The notes beneath the pieces were generated by a model. The model saw nothing but the letters and a program-made list of their open reading frames with translations, was not told the DNA's origin and searched no databases. 64,000 bases of DNA, from contig JBMNTS010000004.1 of assembly GCA_050945855.1 (NCBI GenBank), positions 5,464 through 69,463 of the forward strand. The letters are read 5' to 3'. The position numbers were made by a program, and so were the translations under genes. Shown here in pieces: positions 19,643-28,891 of this stretch (positions within the stretch are counted from its first letter, which is position 1; each line of letters starts with the position of its first letter). The DNA is from Christensenellales bacterium (GTDB taxonomy: Bacteria; Bacillota; Clostridia; Christensenellales; DTU072).

Positions 19643-21460
19643 ATGGCAAAAATAATAGGTATTGATTTAGGCACAACAAACTCTTGCGTCGCGGTTATGG
19701 AAGGCGGCGAAGCGGTTATTATACCCAATGCGGAAGGCGGGCGTACCACCCCCTCCGTGGTAGGATTTTCTAAAGACGGCGAAAGATTGGTAGGTCAGAT
19801 AGCAAAAAGACAAGCGGTGGTAAATCCCACAAGGACAATAACATCAATCAAGAGGGAAATGGGCACCGACCATAAGGTGACCATAGACGGCAAGGCTTAC
19901 ACGCCTCCGGAAATCAGCGCTATGATTTTGGCAAAGCTTAAGAAGGACGCCGAGGCGTATTTAGGCCAAAAGGTGGAAAAGGCGGTTATCACCGTCCCCG
20001 CGTATTTTTCGGACAGCCAAAGACAGGCTACCAAGGACGCGGGCAAAATAGCGGGGCTTGAGGTATTGCGTATAATCAACGAGCCTACTGCCGCGGCGTT
20101 GTCCTACGGGCTGGACAAAGGCGAAAAAAACCAAAAAGTGTTAATCTATGACTTAGGCGGAGGCACTTTTGACGTATCCATTCTGGAGCTGGGCGACGGC
20201 GTATTCGAAGTGCTTGCTACCAACGGCAACACCAGACTGGGCGGCGATGATTTTGACAAAATAATTATGGACTGGATAGTCGCGGAGTTCAAAAAGAGCG
20301 ACGGAATTGATTTATCCGGCGATAAAATGGCTATGCAGCGCGTCAAGGAAGCGGCGGAAAAGGCAAAGATAGAATTGTCCGGCGTAACCAAGACCAATAT
20401 AAACCTGCCCTTTATCACGGTAGGGCCCAACGGTCCTTTGCATATTGATTTGGACCTTACCAAAGCCAATTTCGAGAGTATGACCTCAGGTCTGGTAAAG
20501 GCAACGGTGCAGCCCACCCTGCAGGCAATCAAGGATGCGGGGCTTAAGGCGTCGGATATTTCCAAGGTCGTGCTTGTGGGCGGCTCCACCCGTATCCCCG
20601 CGGTTATTGAGGCGGTTTACAATATTACGGGCAAAGAGCCTTACAAGGGCATAAACCCCGACGAATGCGTGGCGCTGGGCGCGGCGATTCAGGGAGGCGT
20701 ATTGGCAGGCGATGTCAAAGACGTGTTGCTTCTGGATGTAACCCCCTTGTCTTTGGGCATAGAAACAATGGGCGGCGTGTTTACCAAGCTGATTGAAAGG
20801 AACACCACCATTCCCACCAAAAAATCTCAAATCTTTTCCACAGCTTCGGACAATCAAACTTCTGTGGATATTCACGTGTTACAGGGCGAAAGGGCTATGG
20901 CGGCGGACAACAAGACCTTAGGCAGGTTCGAGCTTACCGGTATTCCCCCGGCAATGAGAGGGGTGCCGCAAATAGAGGTTACCTTTGATATTGACGCCAA
21001 CGGCATTGTCAGCGTTACCGCAAAGGACAAAGGCACGGGCAAAGCCAACAATATTACGATTACCGCGAGTAGCAATCTTACCGAATCGGATATAGACAAA
21101 GCCATTAAAGAAGCGGAAAAATACGCGGAAGAAGATAAGAAAAGGCGTGAACTCATAGATATGAAAAACAACGCCGAGCAGCTTATTCTTGCCGTGGACA
21201 AATTCTTGTCCGAAAGCGGGGACAAAATCAGCGAGGACGAAAAGACTACGTTGAAGGACGCTGCAAATCAAGCTAAGGAAAAGCTGGCTAAGGCGGAAAG
21301 CGTGGATGAGGTCAAAGAGCTTACCGAGGAACTTGCCAAAGTAACCAATCCCATTTTCACCAAGCTGTATCAGCAGGGACAGGAGGCGGGCGACAATGCT
21401 CAAGGAGGTGCCGCGGACGGAGAAAGCACTATTGACATTGACCCGAACGACATCAATTAA
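19643..21460 (+). CDS. dnaK: Molecular chaperone DnaK (Hsp70)
   Basis: [37 protein letters not shown]. Confidence 0.98.
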   Translation: MAKIIGIDLGTTNSCVAVMEGGEAVIIPNAEGGRTTPSVVGFSKDGERLVGQIAKRQAVVNPTRTITSIKREMGTDHKVTIDGKAYTPPEISAMILAKLKKDAEAYLGQKVEKAVITVPAYFSDSQRQATKDAGKIAGLEVLRIINEPTAAALSYGLDKGEKNQKVLIYDLGGGTFDVSILELGDGVFEVLATNGNTRLGGDDFDKIIMDWIVAEFKKSDGIDLSGDKMAMQRVKEAAEKAKIELSGVTKTNINLPFITVGPNGPLHIDLDLTKANFESMTSGLVKATVQPTLQAIKDAGLKASDISKVVLVGGSTRIPAVIEAVYNITGKEPYKGINPDECVALGAAIQGGVLAGDVKDVLLLDVTPLSLGIETMGGVFTKLIERNTTIPTKKSQIFSTASDNQTSVDIHVLQGERAMAADNKTLGRFELTGIPPAMRGVPQIEVTFDIDANGIVSVTAKDKGTGKANNITITASSNLTESDIDKAIKEAEKYAEEDKKRRELIDMKNNAEQLILAVDKFLSESGDKISEDEKTTLKDAANQAKEKLAKAESVDEVKELTEELAKVTNPIFTKLYQQGQEAGDNAQGGAADGESTIDIDPNDIN

Positions 21461-21465
21461 TCTAA

Positions 21466-22602
21466 ATGGCTGATAAAGATTATTACAAGATATTAGAAAT
21501 AGACAGAAACGCGGATGCGGACCAAATCAAGTCCGCATACCGCCGTATGGCTAAAATGTACCATCCGGATTTATATTCCACAAAATCCGAAAGCGAAAAG
21601 AAGGCGGCGGAAGCCAAATTCAAAGAGGTACAACACGCCTACGATGTACTTAGCGACCCGCAAAAAAAAGCGGCTTACGACCAATTCGGTTCGGAAGACG
21701 GACCTACGATGGGCGCGGGCAATCCCTTTGGAGCGGGCGGATTTACAGATATTTTCAGCGATATATTCAGCGCGTTCAGCGACGTGGGCGGCAGAGGGCG
21801 CAGACAAACCCGGATGCAGACCATGCCGGGCGACGATATAGAATACACCTTAAGGCTGGATTTTAAAGAGGCTTGCGAAGGAGTATCCAAAGATATATCC
21901 TTTACTCGCATAGAAAAATGCCCCACCTGCTCGGGCTCCGGGGCTAAAGTGGGTACGGACAAAAAACGTTGCTCAAAATGCGGAGGCACAGGCTCGATAA
22001 CGGTAAACCAAAGGACGGTTTTCGGCACTATGCAGACGGTGCGCACCTGCGACGCGTGCGGAGGAAGCGGCGAAACGATTGACACTCCTTGTCCCAACTG
22101 CTCGGGAAAGGGGCGCATGAGAAGAACGAGAACGCTAAAGGTAAACATTCCTGCGGGAGTTGATGAAGGGCAAATACTTACAATGCGGGGAGAGGGCAGC
22201 GCAAGCCCGGGAAACGGCCCCAACGGCAACTTGCTTATTATTTTCAGCATTAGGTCGCATCCTCTGTTTAAGCGGGACGGATTCGATCTGCATTTTGACT
22301 TGCCCATTACCGCGTTTCAGGCGGTGCTGGGCGCGAAGATAGATATCCCCACTCTTGACGGGATAACGACGGCGGAAATTCCCGCAGGCACTCAAAGCGG
22401 CACAATACTCAGGATTCGCGGCAAGGGCATCAAGCACTTAAGAAGAGACGCTTACGGGGATCTTATGGTCAGGGTAGTAATAGATATCCCCAAAGGCATA
22501 AGCAACAAGCAAAGGAAAAAACTGCTGGAAGCGGAAGAGGTTTTTGCGGATGCTAAATATGAAAAAATAAAGGCGTATAATAAAACGCTGAGGGAATTAT
22601 AA
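21466..22602 (+). CDS. dnaJ: Molecular chaperone DnaJ
   Basis: J-domain with HPD, a G/F-rich region, and four CxxCxGxG zinc-finger repeats. Confidence 0.97.
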   Translation: MADKDYYKILEIDRNADADQIKSAYRRMAKMYHPDLYSTKSESEKKAAEAKFKEVQHAYDVLSDPQKKAAYDQFGSEDGPTMGAGNPFGAGGFTDIFSDIFSAFSDVGGRGRRQTRMQTMPGDDIEYTLRLDFKEACEGVSKDISFTRIEKCPTCSGSGAKVGTDKKRCSKCGGTGSITVNQRTVFGTMQTVRTCDACGGSGETIDTPCPNCSGKGRMRRTRTLKVNIPAGVDEGQILTMRGEGSASPGNGPNGNLLIIFSIRSHPLFKRDGFDLHFDLPITAFQAVLGAKIDIPTLDGITTAEIPAGTQSGTILRIRGKGIKHLRRDAYGDLMVRVVIDIPKGISNKQRKKLLEAEEVFADAKYEKIKAYNKTLREL

Positions 22603-23516
22603 TGCCGCATTACTCCATTACAGTCAAAACGGACAATACGGGTGCGGAGCTTGTCTCCGACGCCTTTTTTTCATTGGAGGCTTTGGGAGTGCGCGTTGAG
22701 GACGGGCAGGCGTATAAGGAAGCGGTTGAGGCAGGTCTGATATGGGATTACGCCGACGATGCAGTCTTGCAACCCAAAAGCGATAATACGGTGACCTTAA
22801 CAGGTTTTTTTGAAACGGACGATATAATTTCATTACAGGGGGCTTTGAATGAAAATCTGTCCTTTTACGGATTGACAGATTGCGTTGTTTCCCCTCCCCA
22901 ACAGGTGGACCAAAATGAGTGGTACGAAAAATGGAAAAGCTATTATAAGCCTGTTTGCTTAGGTAAGTATGTCATAGTTCCGGCGTGGCAGGAGTATAGC
23001 GAGAACGGCAAAATTACGGTAAAGATTGACCCTGGTATGGCGTTCGGCACCGGAGAGCACGAAAGCACCAGACTTGCTTTAACGCTAATGAGCGGGCTTG
23101 ACCTAGAAGGCAAATCCTTTTACGATATAGGCTGCGGGAGCGGCATATTAGGGATTGCCGCGGCGTTGAGCGGCGCGGAAAATGTCACCCTTGTTGATAT
23201 CGACGAGGTGGCGACGGATGCCGCAAGGATAAATATCAAGCTAAACGATTTGAAAAGCATAAAGGTAATTTGCGCCCCGGCTCCGCAAGGGTTGCATGAC
23301 AAAGTTGACCTGATAGCCGCCAACCTTACCGCCGATTTATTGATCGCGCTGAAAAACGATTTACGGAATCTGTTAAAGGATAGGGGAAGGCTGATAGCAA
23401 GCGGAATAATCGGGGACAGGGAAAAAGAGGTTATCGAAGCGTTTGAAAAATCCGGATTTAAGCTAATCGATAAAGGAAATATGGGCGAGTGGCGCGCGCT
23501 CTTATTGGCGCAATAG
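22602..23516 (+). CDS. prmA: Ribosomal protein L11 methyltransferase
   Basis: PrmA-like sequence with SAM-binding motif DIGCGSGILGIAA. Canonical dnaJ-prmA-rsmE order. Confidence 0.9.
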   Translation: MPHYSITVKTDNTGAELVSDAFFSLEALGVRVEDGQAYKEAVEAGLIWDYADDAVLQPKSDNTVTLTGFFETDDIISLQGALNENLSFYGLTDCVVSPPQQVDQNEWYEKWKSYYKPVCLGKYVIVPAWQEYSENGKITVKIDPGMAFGTGEHESTRLALTLMSGLDLEGKSFYDIGCGSGILGIAAALSGAENVTLVDIDEVATDAARINIKLNDLKSIKVICAPAPQGLHDKVDLIAANLTADLLIALKNDLRNLLKDRGRLIASGIIGDREKEVIEAFEKSGFKLIDKGNMGEWRALLLAQ

Positions 23517-23533
23517 ACCGCAAGGAGTAAACG

Positions 23534-24241
23534 GTGGAGCCAAAAAGGTTTTTTGTAGATAAAAAGGATATTGAGCAGGATATTGTCAAAATTCACGGTG
23601 AGGAATTTCACCATCTGACCAAGGTTTTACGCTATAAGGTAGGCTTTGAGCTTATAGCCTGCGACAATTCCGGCTACGATTATTACGCCAGACTCACTTC
23701 CGTTAAGAAAGATTGCGCTTATGCCCAGATTTACAAAAAGGAAGAAAACCAAAGGGAAACAATAAGGGAATTGACCTTGTGTCAGGCGGTATGTAAGGAA
23801 ATTGATTTTATAGCGCAAAAGGCGGCGGAGCTGGGTATAGTGCGACTAATTCCTTTTACGTCGCAATTTACTAATAATAAAGATTTTAATCATTTGCGGC
23901 TGCAAAAAATAGCGGTTAACGCTTCCAAGCAGTGCGGGCGGGCAAAGATAACACAAATTTTGCCCCTTGTTGATTTTGCCGCCATGCTGGATTATACTGA
24001 GGATGGGGAATGTATCTTTTTTTATGAGGAAAGCAAGGAAAAATTCCGCCTCAATCCCGGCGTAAACAAGCCGATATATATTATTATCGGCAGCGAAGGC
24101 GGTTTTTCCAAAGAGGAGGTTGAGTTGGCGGCAAGCCGCGGGATAAGCACCTTTTCTCTGGGCAAAAGAATATTGAGAGCGGAAACCGCCGCTATTTGCG
24201 GAACGCTGCTCACATTGGATAAACTGGGTGAACTTGATTGA
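23534..24241 (+). CDS. rsmE: 16S rRNA (uracil1498-N3)-methyltransferase RsmE
   Basis: RsmE/SPOUT family (FHHLTKVLR, IIIGSEGGFS, LGKRILRAETAA). GTG start 7 nt after an AAGGAG RBS. Confidence 0.9.
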   Translation: MEPKRFFVDKKDIEQDIVKIHGEEFHHLTKVLRYKVGFELIACDNSGYDYYARLTSVKKDCAYAQIYKKEENQRETIRELTLCQAVCKEIDFIAQKAAELGIVRLIPFTSQFTNNKDFNHLRLQKIAVNASKQCGRAKITQILPLVDFAAMLDYTEDGECIFFYEESKEKFRLNPGVNKPIYIIIGSEGGFSKEEVELAASRGISTFSLGKRILRAETAAICGTLLTLDKLGELD

Positions 24242-25464
24242 AGGCGAATATTTTAACCTTAGGGTGCAAAGTAAACCGTTATGAAAGCGACAATCTGGCA
24301 GCTTCGCTTGCACGGCTCGGGTGGCAAGTAGGGGACGGTCCGGATTACGCGGATATCTACATTATCAACACCTGCGCGGTGACAGCGGAAGCGCACAGCA
24401 AAAGCAGACAGATGATAGCCAGAGCGCTCAGGCACAATCCCGCCGCCTCCATATATGTGATAGGCTGCGCCTCCGAATTCGCGCCCGAAAGCTTTAACAG
24501 GCAAAACGTGGTATACGTTACCGGCGCGGACGGCAAAGAAAAAGTGATTGAGGTTATAGAAAGGGATTATCCTATATTACCCGTGCATGAGACTCCCGAA
24601 TGCTTAAATACGGTATCCCGAACGCGCGCTTTCGTGAAAATTCAGGACGGATGCAACAACGCTTGCTCATATTGCATTATACCCAGTTTGCGCGGCGCAA
24701 GCGTAAGCCGCCCGATAAAAGATATTGTAGTGGAAGCGCAAAGCTATGCGGAAAGGTATCACGAGATTGTACTGGTAGGGATTAATATTTCCCTATACGG
24801 TAAGGATATCGGAGTGGATTTAACCTGCCTTATCAACGCGCTTAAGGATATCCGCTGCAGGATACGGCTAAGCTCTTTTTATGTGGAAGCGATAACCCCC
24901 GAGCTTTTGGAGGCATTGCGCAGGCTGCCCGCGTTTTGCGACCATTTTCATATATCCGCGCAAAGCGGAGACGACACTGTGCTTAAGGATATGAACAGGC
25001 GTTACACAGCCCGGGAGTGCCTGGAAAAAATCGCGCTGATACGCCGGTATTTTCCAGATGCGGGGATTACCGCCGATATAATAACCGGTTACCCTACCGA
25101 AGACGAGGAGAAGTTTAACAACACCTTGGAATTTGTCAGGCAAGCGGGCTTTTCGGATATACACTGCTTTTTATTTTCGCCCAGAATCGGGACTGCGGCA
25201 TATCTGCTTCCGCCGCATGATAAAGGCATCGCAAAGCAAAGACATGATATTTTGATTGCGGAAGCGGGCAAGTTAAAGAAAGAGTTTTTGCAGAAGAACT
25301 CCGGCAAAGAACTTGAGGTCTTATTCGAGGAGGAGAGAGGGGGGGTATATTCGGGATATTCTCGCAATTATATAAGGGTATACAGCCGCTCCCCACAGAG
25401 CGGAGTAAAAAAAGTAAGTACGGAAAAATTATATAAGGACGGATTATTAATAAAAGGAGAATAG
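24238..25464 (+). CDS. mtaB: tRNA (N6-threonylcarbamoyladenosine37) methylthiotransferase MtaB
   Basis: MTTase N-domain (TLGCKVNRYES), radical-SAM motif CNNACSYC, TRAM-like C-terminus. TTG start overlaps the rsmE stop. Confidence 0.88.
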   Translation: MKANILTLGCKVNRYESDNLAASLARLGWQVGDGPDYADIYIINTCAVTAEAHSKSRQMIARALRHNPAASIYVIGCASEFAPESFNRQNVVYVTGADGKEKVIEVIERDYPILPVHETPECLNTVSRTRAFVKIQDGCNNACSYCIIPSLRGASVSRPIKDIVVEAQSYAERYHEIVLVGINISLYGKDIGVDLTCLINALKDIRCRIRLSSFYVEAITPELLEALRRLPAFCDHFHISAQSGDDTVLKDMNRRYTARECLEKIALIRRYFPDAGITADIITGYPTEDEEKFNNTLEFVRQAGFSDIHCFLFSPRIGTAAYLLPPHDKGIAKQRHDILIAEAGKLKKEFLQKNSGKELEVLFEEERGGVYSGYSRNYIRVYSRSPQSGVKKVSTEKLYKDGLLIKGE

Positions 25465-25466
25465 AA

Positions 25467-25805
25467 ATGGATTGTATTTTTTGTAAAATAGCAGCAGGTC
25501 AAATTCCCTCCGCGAAAATGTACGAGGACGAAAAAATGATTATTATCAAAGACATTTCTCCTCAAAGCAAAATACATTATCTGTTGATACCCAAGGAGCA
25601 TTACCCCAATATCAAGGAAATGAGCGCCTCTCAGGCGGCGGTGCTGGGAGAATGCCTGAAAAAACTGGGAGAACTTGCCGATGGCTTTGGGCTGCAAAAT
25701 GGCTTCCGACTGGTCAGCAATTGCGGAGAGCACGCCTGCCAAAGCGTGGCTCACCTGCATATCCATATACTCGGAGGCGAACAGCTTAGCCCCAAAATGA
25801 GCTGA
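25467..25805 (+). CDS. HIT (histidine triad) family protein
   Basis: CIFCKI N-terminus and the HLHIHILGG histidine triad. Confidence 0.92.
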   Translation: MDCIFCKIAAGQIPSAKMYEDEKMIIIKDISPQSKIHYLLIPKEHYPNIKEMSASQAAVLGECLKKLGELADGFGLQNGFRLVSNCGEHACQSVAHLHIHILGGEQLSPKMS

Positions 25806-25834
25806 CAAACTTTCCCTTAAGCATTATTTCCACA

Positions 25835-25861
25835 AAATGAAAAGGGTCTTTTCCAAGACCC
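25835..25861 (-). terminator. Rho-independent terminator of rpsU
   Basis: GGGTCTT-ggaa-AAGACCC, followed on the minus strand by TTTTCATTTT. Confidence 0.65.
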
Positions 25862-25869
25862 TGATTAAG

Positions 25870-26046
25870 CTACTTATAAGCCCGTTTTCTGGCTGCTTCA
25901 GCTTTCTTCTTCCTCTTAACGCTGGGTTTTTCGTAAAACTCTTTACGCCGAAGGTCGCCAATTATGCCGTCGTTAGCGCATTTCTTTTTCCAACGTCTTA
26001 TTGCGCTGTCTAAACTCTCATTATCTTTTACGTAGACTGTCGACAA
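25870..26046 (-). CDS. rpsU: 30S ribosomal protein S21
   Basis: [18 protein letters not shown] and a basic C-terminus. The TTG start at 26046, 6 nt after GGAGGTG, is preferred; the track's GTG start lies inside the RBS itself. Confidence 0.9.
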   Translation of the reverse strand: MSTVYVKDNESLDSAIRRWKKKCANDGIIGDLRRKEFYEKPSVKRKKKAEAARKRAYK

Positions 26047-26237
26047 ACTTACCACCTCCTTTACTTAAAAACTGGTATTATAATACATTATTATGCTCTT
26101 TTAGTCAAGCAATTAACCGCTGATAATTCGGATTTCGATTTCATTTTATTGATATTTTATGCACATTCCTTCAAGATGTGCAAAGCTTAATAGAATACGG
26201 CGAAAACGGTGAAAAAATGTTAAGAAAAAAGCGAAAT

Positions 26238-26816
26238 TCAATCCAATTCGTCCAAGGTCTTTTCGTATGCGGCAATAAAATTGTGCATAAAATAGGCGAC
26301 TTCGGGCAAATCTATTTTTTCAAGGTCGGCTTTAATGGCCGCCCCCGCTTTGTGAAATTCCAGATTGCCGGTTTTTAATTCCTCTATGCATTTTATATAA
26401 GCGCACAGTTTATCCGCCGCCTTTATATACTTATATTCTATGGAGGAGGGGTCTACTTTTATCAGCTTTTCATATTCCCCTTTTAACGCATCCGGCAGCA
26501 TCGAAAGCAATTTATCGTTGGCGATTTGCTCAATGTTTTTGTACGCTTCCTTTATGGCGGGATTGTAATATTTAATAGGCGAGGGCAAGTCCCCCGTTAT
26601 TACCTCGCTTGCCTCATGGTACATGGCGGCGCAGGCGATAAAACCGGCGTCCAGCTTGCCGCCGAAGAGTTTGTTGTTAATTAGCGCCAGCGCGTGCGCT
26701 ATTTGAGCGGCTTGCAGGCTATGTTCCAGTATGTTTTCCTTTTGGTTGGAACGCATAAGACTCCACCGCTCAATATACTTCATCCTGTTCATAAACGCAA
26801 AAAAATTATATGCCAT
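26238..26816 (-). CDS. yfbR: HD-domain 5'-deoxynucleotidase, YfbR-like
   Basis: RWSLMR..ENILEHSLQAAQIAHALA and the HD motif YHEASEVITGDLP. The start at MAYNFF is chosen by alignment of N-terminal length to YfbR. Confidence 0.82.
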   Translation of the reverse strand: MAYNFFAFMNRMKYIERWSLMRSNQKENILEHSLQAAQIAHALALINNKLFGGKLDAGFIACAAMYHEASEVITGDLPSPIKYYNPAIKEAYKNIEQIANDKLLSMLPDALKGEYEKLIKVDPSSIEYKYIKAADKLCAYIKCIEELKTGNLEFHKAGAAIKADLEKIDLPEVAYFMHNFIAAYEKTLDELD

Positions 26817-26914
26817 AAGGTTATTATAGCGCAAACGCTGCAAAAAATCTACATAGATTGGGCATATACTTGACAAAATATTATTGTGGTGTTAGTATTT
26901 AAAAAAAGAATATA

Positions 26915-26985
26915 AAAAAACGGGGTGCTTCGGCTGAGATTATACCCGAATGACCGGAACAAGGTAATTCTTGCGTCGGGATTTT
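26915..26985 (+). promoter_or_regulatory. TPP (THI-box) riboswitch
   Basis: Conserved core GGGGUGC..GCUGAGA..ACCC..UGACCGGA..GGUAAUUC..GCG..GGGA read from the sequence. Lies directly upstream of a thiamine transporter gene. Confidence 0.85.
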
Positions 26986-26994
26986 AAAGAGTAT

Positions 26995-27026
26995 GACTTC
27001 GGCGAATGCGTCGAAGTTTTTTGTTT
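26995..27026 (+). terminator. Candidate riboswitch expression-platform terminator
   Basis: ACTTCG-11 nt-CGAAGT followed by TTTTTTGTTT, between the aptamer and the thiT RBS. The stem is short. Confidence 0.5.
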
Positions 27027-27036
27027 GGAGGGCGCA

Positions 27037-27732
27037 ATGAACGAAAACAATATTGTATGGATAATGGCAGGCGTAATAGCTTTGGCTTATGTGCTGTTAT
27101 ACGCTTTTGCCAAAAAAACGCCGACAAAAGTTAAGGCAAAATCCCTGGCGTACGCAGGAGTAATGGTGGCGCTTTCTTTCGGTTTGAGCTATATAAAAAT
27201 ATTTTCGATGCCGCAGGGCGGCTCACTTACCTTATTAAGCATGCTGCCGATTATGCTTTACGCTTATATGTTCGGTCCAAGAGAAGGGCTTGTCGCCGCC
27301 GCCGCTTATTCCGTATTGCAGTGTGTGCAGGGAGTGTTTTTTCTTAATTTTCTGCAGTTTTTGTTTGATTATATAATAGGTTTTACCCTGTTGGGACTGG
27401 CGGGATTGTTTCACAAAAGCAAAATTAGGATTAATCTAAACGTAGAAAAAGCCAAAAAAAGCGGATTAATAAGAGTATACGAAGTAATAAACGATTTTCC
27501 GCTTGCGTTGGTTGCGGGTATGACGATAGGCTTTATCGGCCGCTATTTAGCTTCCGTAGTCGCGGGCTATGTGTTCTGGGCAGATTACGCCCCGCCGGGA
27601 CAGCATCCGTTGATTTATTCCGTTGTTTACAATTCGATATTGCTTGCGGACGGCCTTATCGCGGTTGCGGGCGGAGTGGCATTGATGTACGTAAAACCCT
27701 TAAGAAGGCAAATAGAAAACGCGGCAAAATAA
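27037..27732 (+). CDS. thiT: Thiamine transporter ThiT (ECF S-component / YuaJ family)
   Basis: Six-TM protein resembling ThiT (FSMPQGGSLTLLSMLPIMLYA). GGAGGG RBS before the ATG at 27037. TPP riboswitch upstream. The track start at 26971 would run through the riboswitch. Confidence 0.85.
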   Translation: MNENNIVWIMAGVIALAYVLLYAFAKKTPTKVKAKSLAYAGVMVALSFGLSYIKIFSMPQGGSLTLLSMLPIMLYAYMFGPREGLVAAAAYSVLQCVQGVFFLNFLQFLFDYIIGFTLLGLAGLFHKSKIRINLNVEKAKKSGLIRVYEVINDFPLALVAGMTIGFIGRYLASVVAGYVFWADYAPPGQHPLIYSVVYNSILLADGLIAVAGGVALMYVKPLRRQIENAAK

Positions 27733-27741
27733 ATACGCTGA

Positions 27742-28797
27742 TCAATAAATAAGTTTTTCGTTGGCGGAATCGTATAATCTGATACTTTCAGGTATAACCC
27801 GAATATCTATTGCCCTTTTGCCGATATCCTTAGCGGGTACAATAATTGTTTGCCCGTCAAAGTTTGTATGGGCAAAAGTATTGCCGCAATACTCCTCACA
27901 AAACAATACTTCGGATTCTGTGCCAAAGGAGGCTTGCTCCGCCAAAAAAGCGGCGGTTACGGCTGCGCCGATATACACATTATTTAACAACGGGCGCTTG
28001 TCAAGAAGTATTTTGTTGCCCAATAGATCAATATACGGGATGCCGTTTTCCTCCCCGAGAAGCGCGGACACAATATTTACCTCAATCCCGTGCGCGTATT
28101 TATACACTTGCAGGGAAGCGGGATTTTCCTTAAGCTCCGCCTTAGAGCCTGTCTGCTCCGCCACACCGTAATGCAAAATGCTGATTTTATCGCCCAAGGT
28201 AAACGCCTCGTCGGCGCTGTCCGTGGCAAAGATTACCACGCCGCCATAGTTTTTAATAAAGGGAAGCATCTCCAAAAACATTTCTCTTCTGTCCGCACCC
28301 TTAAGAGAGGCAAAGGGATTGTCTATTAACAGCAGGGAAGCGTCCCTGAGAGATGCCCTGGCAAAAGCAAGCCGTATTCTGTCGCGGTCTTTAAGCCGTG
28401 ATACCGGATAGGTAAGCAGGTAAGCGATATTAAACTTTTCCGCGGCCTTATTTACCTCTTCAATAAGCTTTTCTTTGGATACTTTTCTTAATTTTAATGG
28501 ATACGCCAGATTCCATTTCACGCTTTTGCCCTTTATCAGGCCGCAATCCTGAAAAATTAAGGCAATATCTCTTTCTTTAATCTTTTTGTCCTGAATCTCT
28601 TCTCCGTTTAATATTATTTGTCCGGATTCCCTTGTAAGCAGCCCCGCTATGCAGCGGATAAGGCTGGTTTTTCCGCCTTGCTCTCCCGCCAGGACGCAAA
28701 GCTTCTCCCCGTTTTCGCATTGGATATTAAAGTTATGAACGCCGACGGCGCCGGCGGTATATCTTTGCCTTAAGTTTTTTATCAAAAGCGTGGTCAT
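27742..28797 (-). CDS. Orphan MalK/UgpC-like ABC ATPase with degenerate catalytic motifs and a C-terminal regulatory (TOBE-like) domain
   Basis: P-loop retained (AGEQGGKTS) and Q-loop FQD present. Signature LSGGQ is replaced by VSRLKD, Walker B reads LLLIDNP (Asn where the catalytic Glu should be), and the H-loop reads ATDS (no His). No permease gene is adjacent. Confidence 0.75.
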   Translation of the reverse strand: MTTLLIKNLRQRYTAGAVGVHNFNIQCENGEKLCVLAGEQGGKTSLIRCIAGLLTRESGQIILNGEEIQDKKIKERDIALIFQDCGLIKGKSVKWNLAYPLKLRKVSKEKLIEEVNKAAEKFNIAYLLTYPVSRLKDRDRIRLAFARASLRDASLLLIDNPFASLKGADRREMFLEMLPFIKNYGGVVIFATDSADEAFTLGDKISILHYGVAEQTGSKAELKENPASLQVYKYAHGIEVNIVSALLGEENGIPYIDLLGNKILLDKRPLLNNVYIGAAVTAAFLAEQASFGTESEVLFCEEYCGNTFAHTNFDGQTIIVPAKDIGKRAIDIRVIPESIRLYDSANEKLIY

Positions 28798-28840
28798 GAT
28801 TTAATTATAATATATTTTCTCCAATTTGCAACCCAATATA

Positions 28841-28870
28841 ATTGCATAAATATTCATACTGATGTATAAT
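28841..28870 (+). promoter_or_regulatory. argD-carB-argF promoter (TTGCAT-17 nt-TATAAT) overlapped by an ARG box (ATTGCATAAATATTCATA)
   Basis: Hexamers and the 18-nt box were read from the sequence. The box matches the reverse complement of the Bacillus AhrC consensus CATGAATAAAAATKCAAK at most positions. Confidence 0.65.
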
Positions 28871-28891
28871 GAATGGAATGGAGGTGGCAAA

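Noticed and set aside
26178-26378. 66-aa plus-strand ORF between rpsU and yfbR
   Set aside because: It overlaps the 3' end of the well-supported minus-strand HD-domain gene and has neither an RBS nor recognisable motifs.
26971-27036. Track start of the thiT ORF at 26971
   Set aside because: It would translate through the TPP aptamer 3' end and the terminator hairpin. The ATG at 27037 has a GGAGGG RBS and gives a ThiT-length protein.
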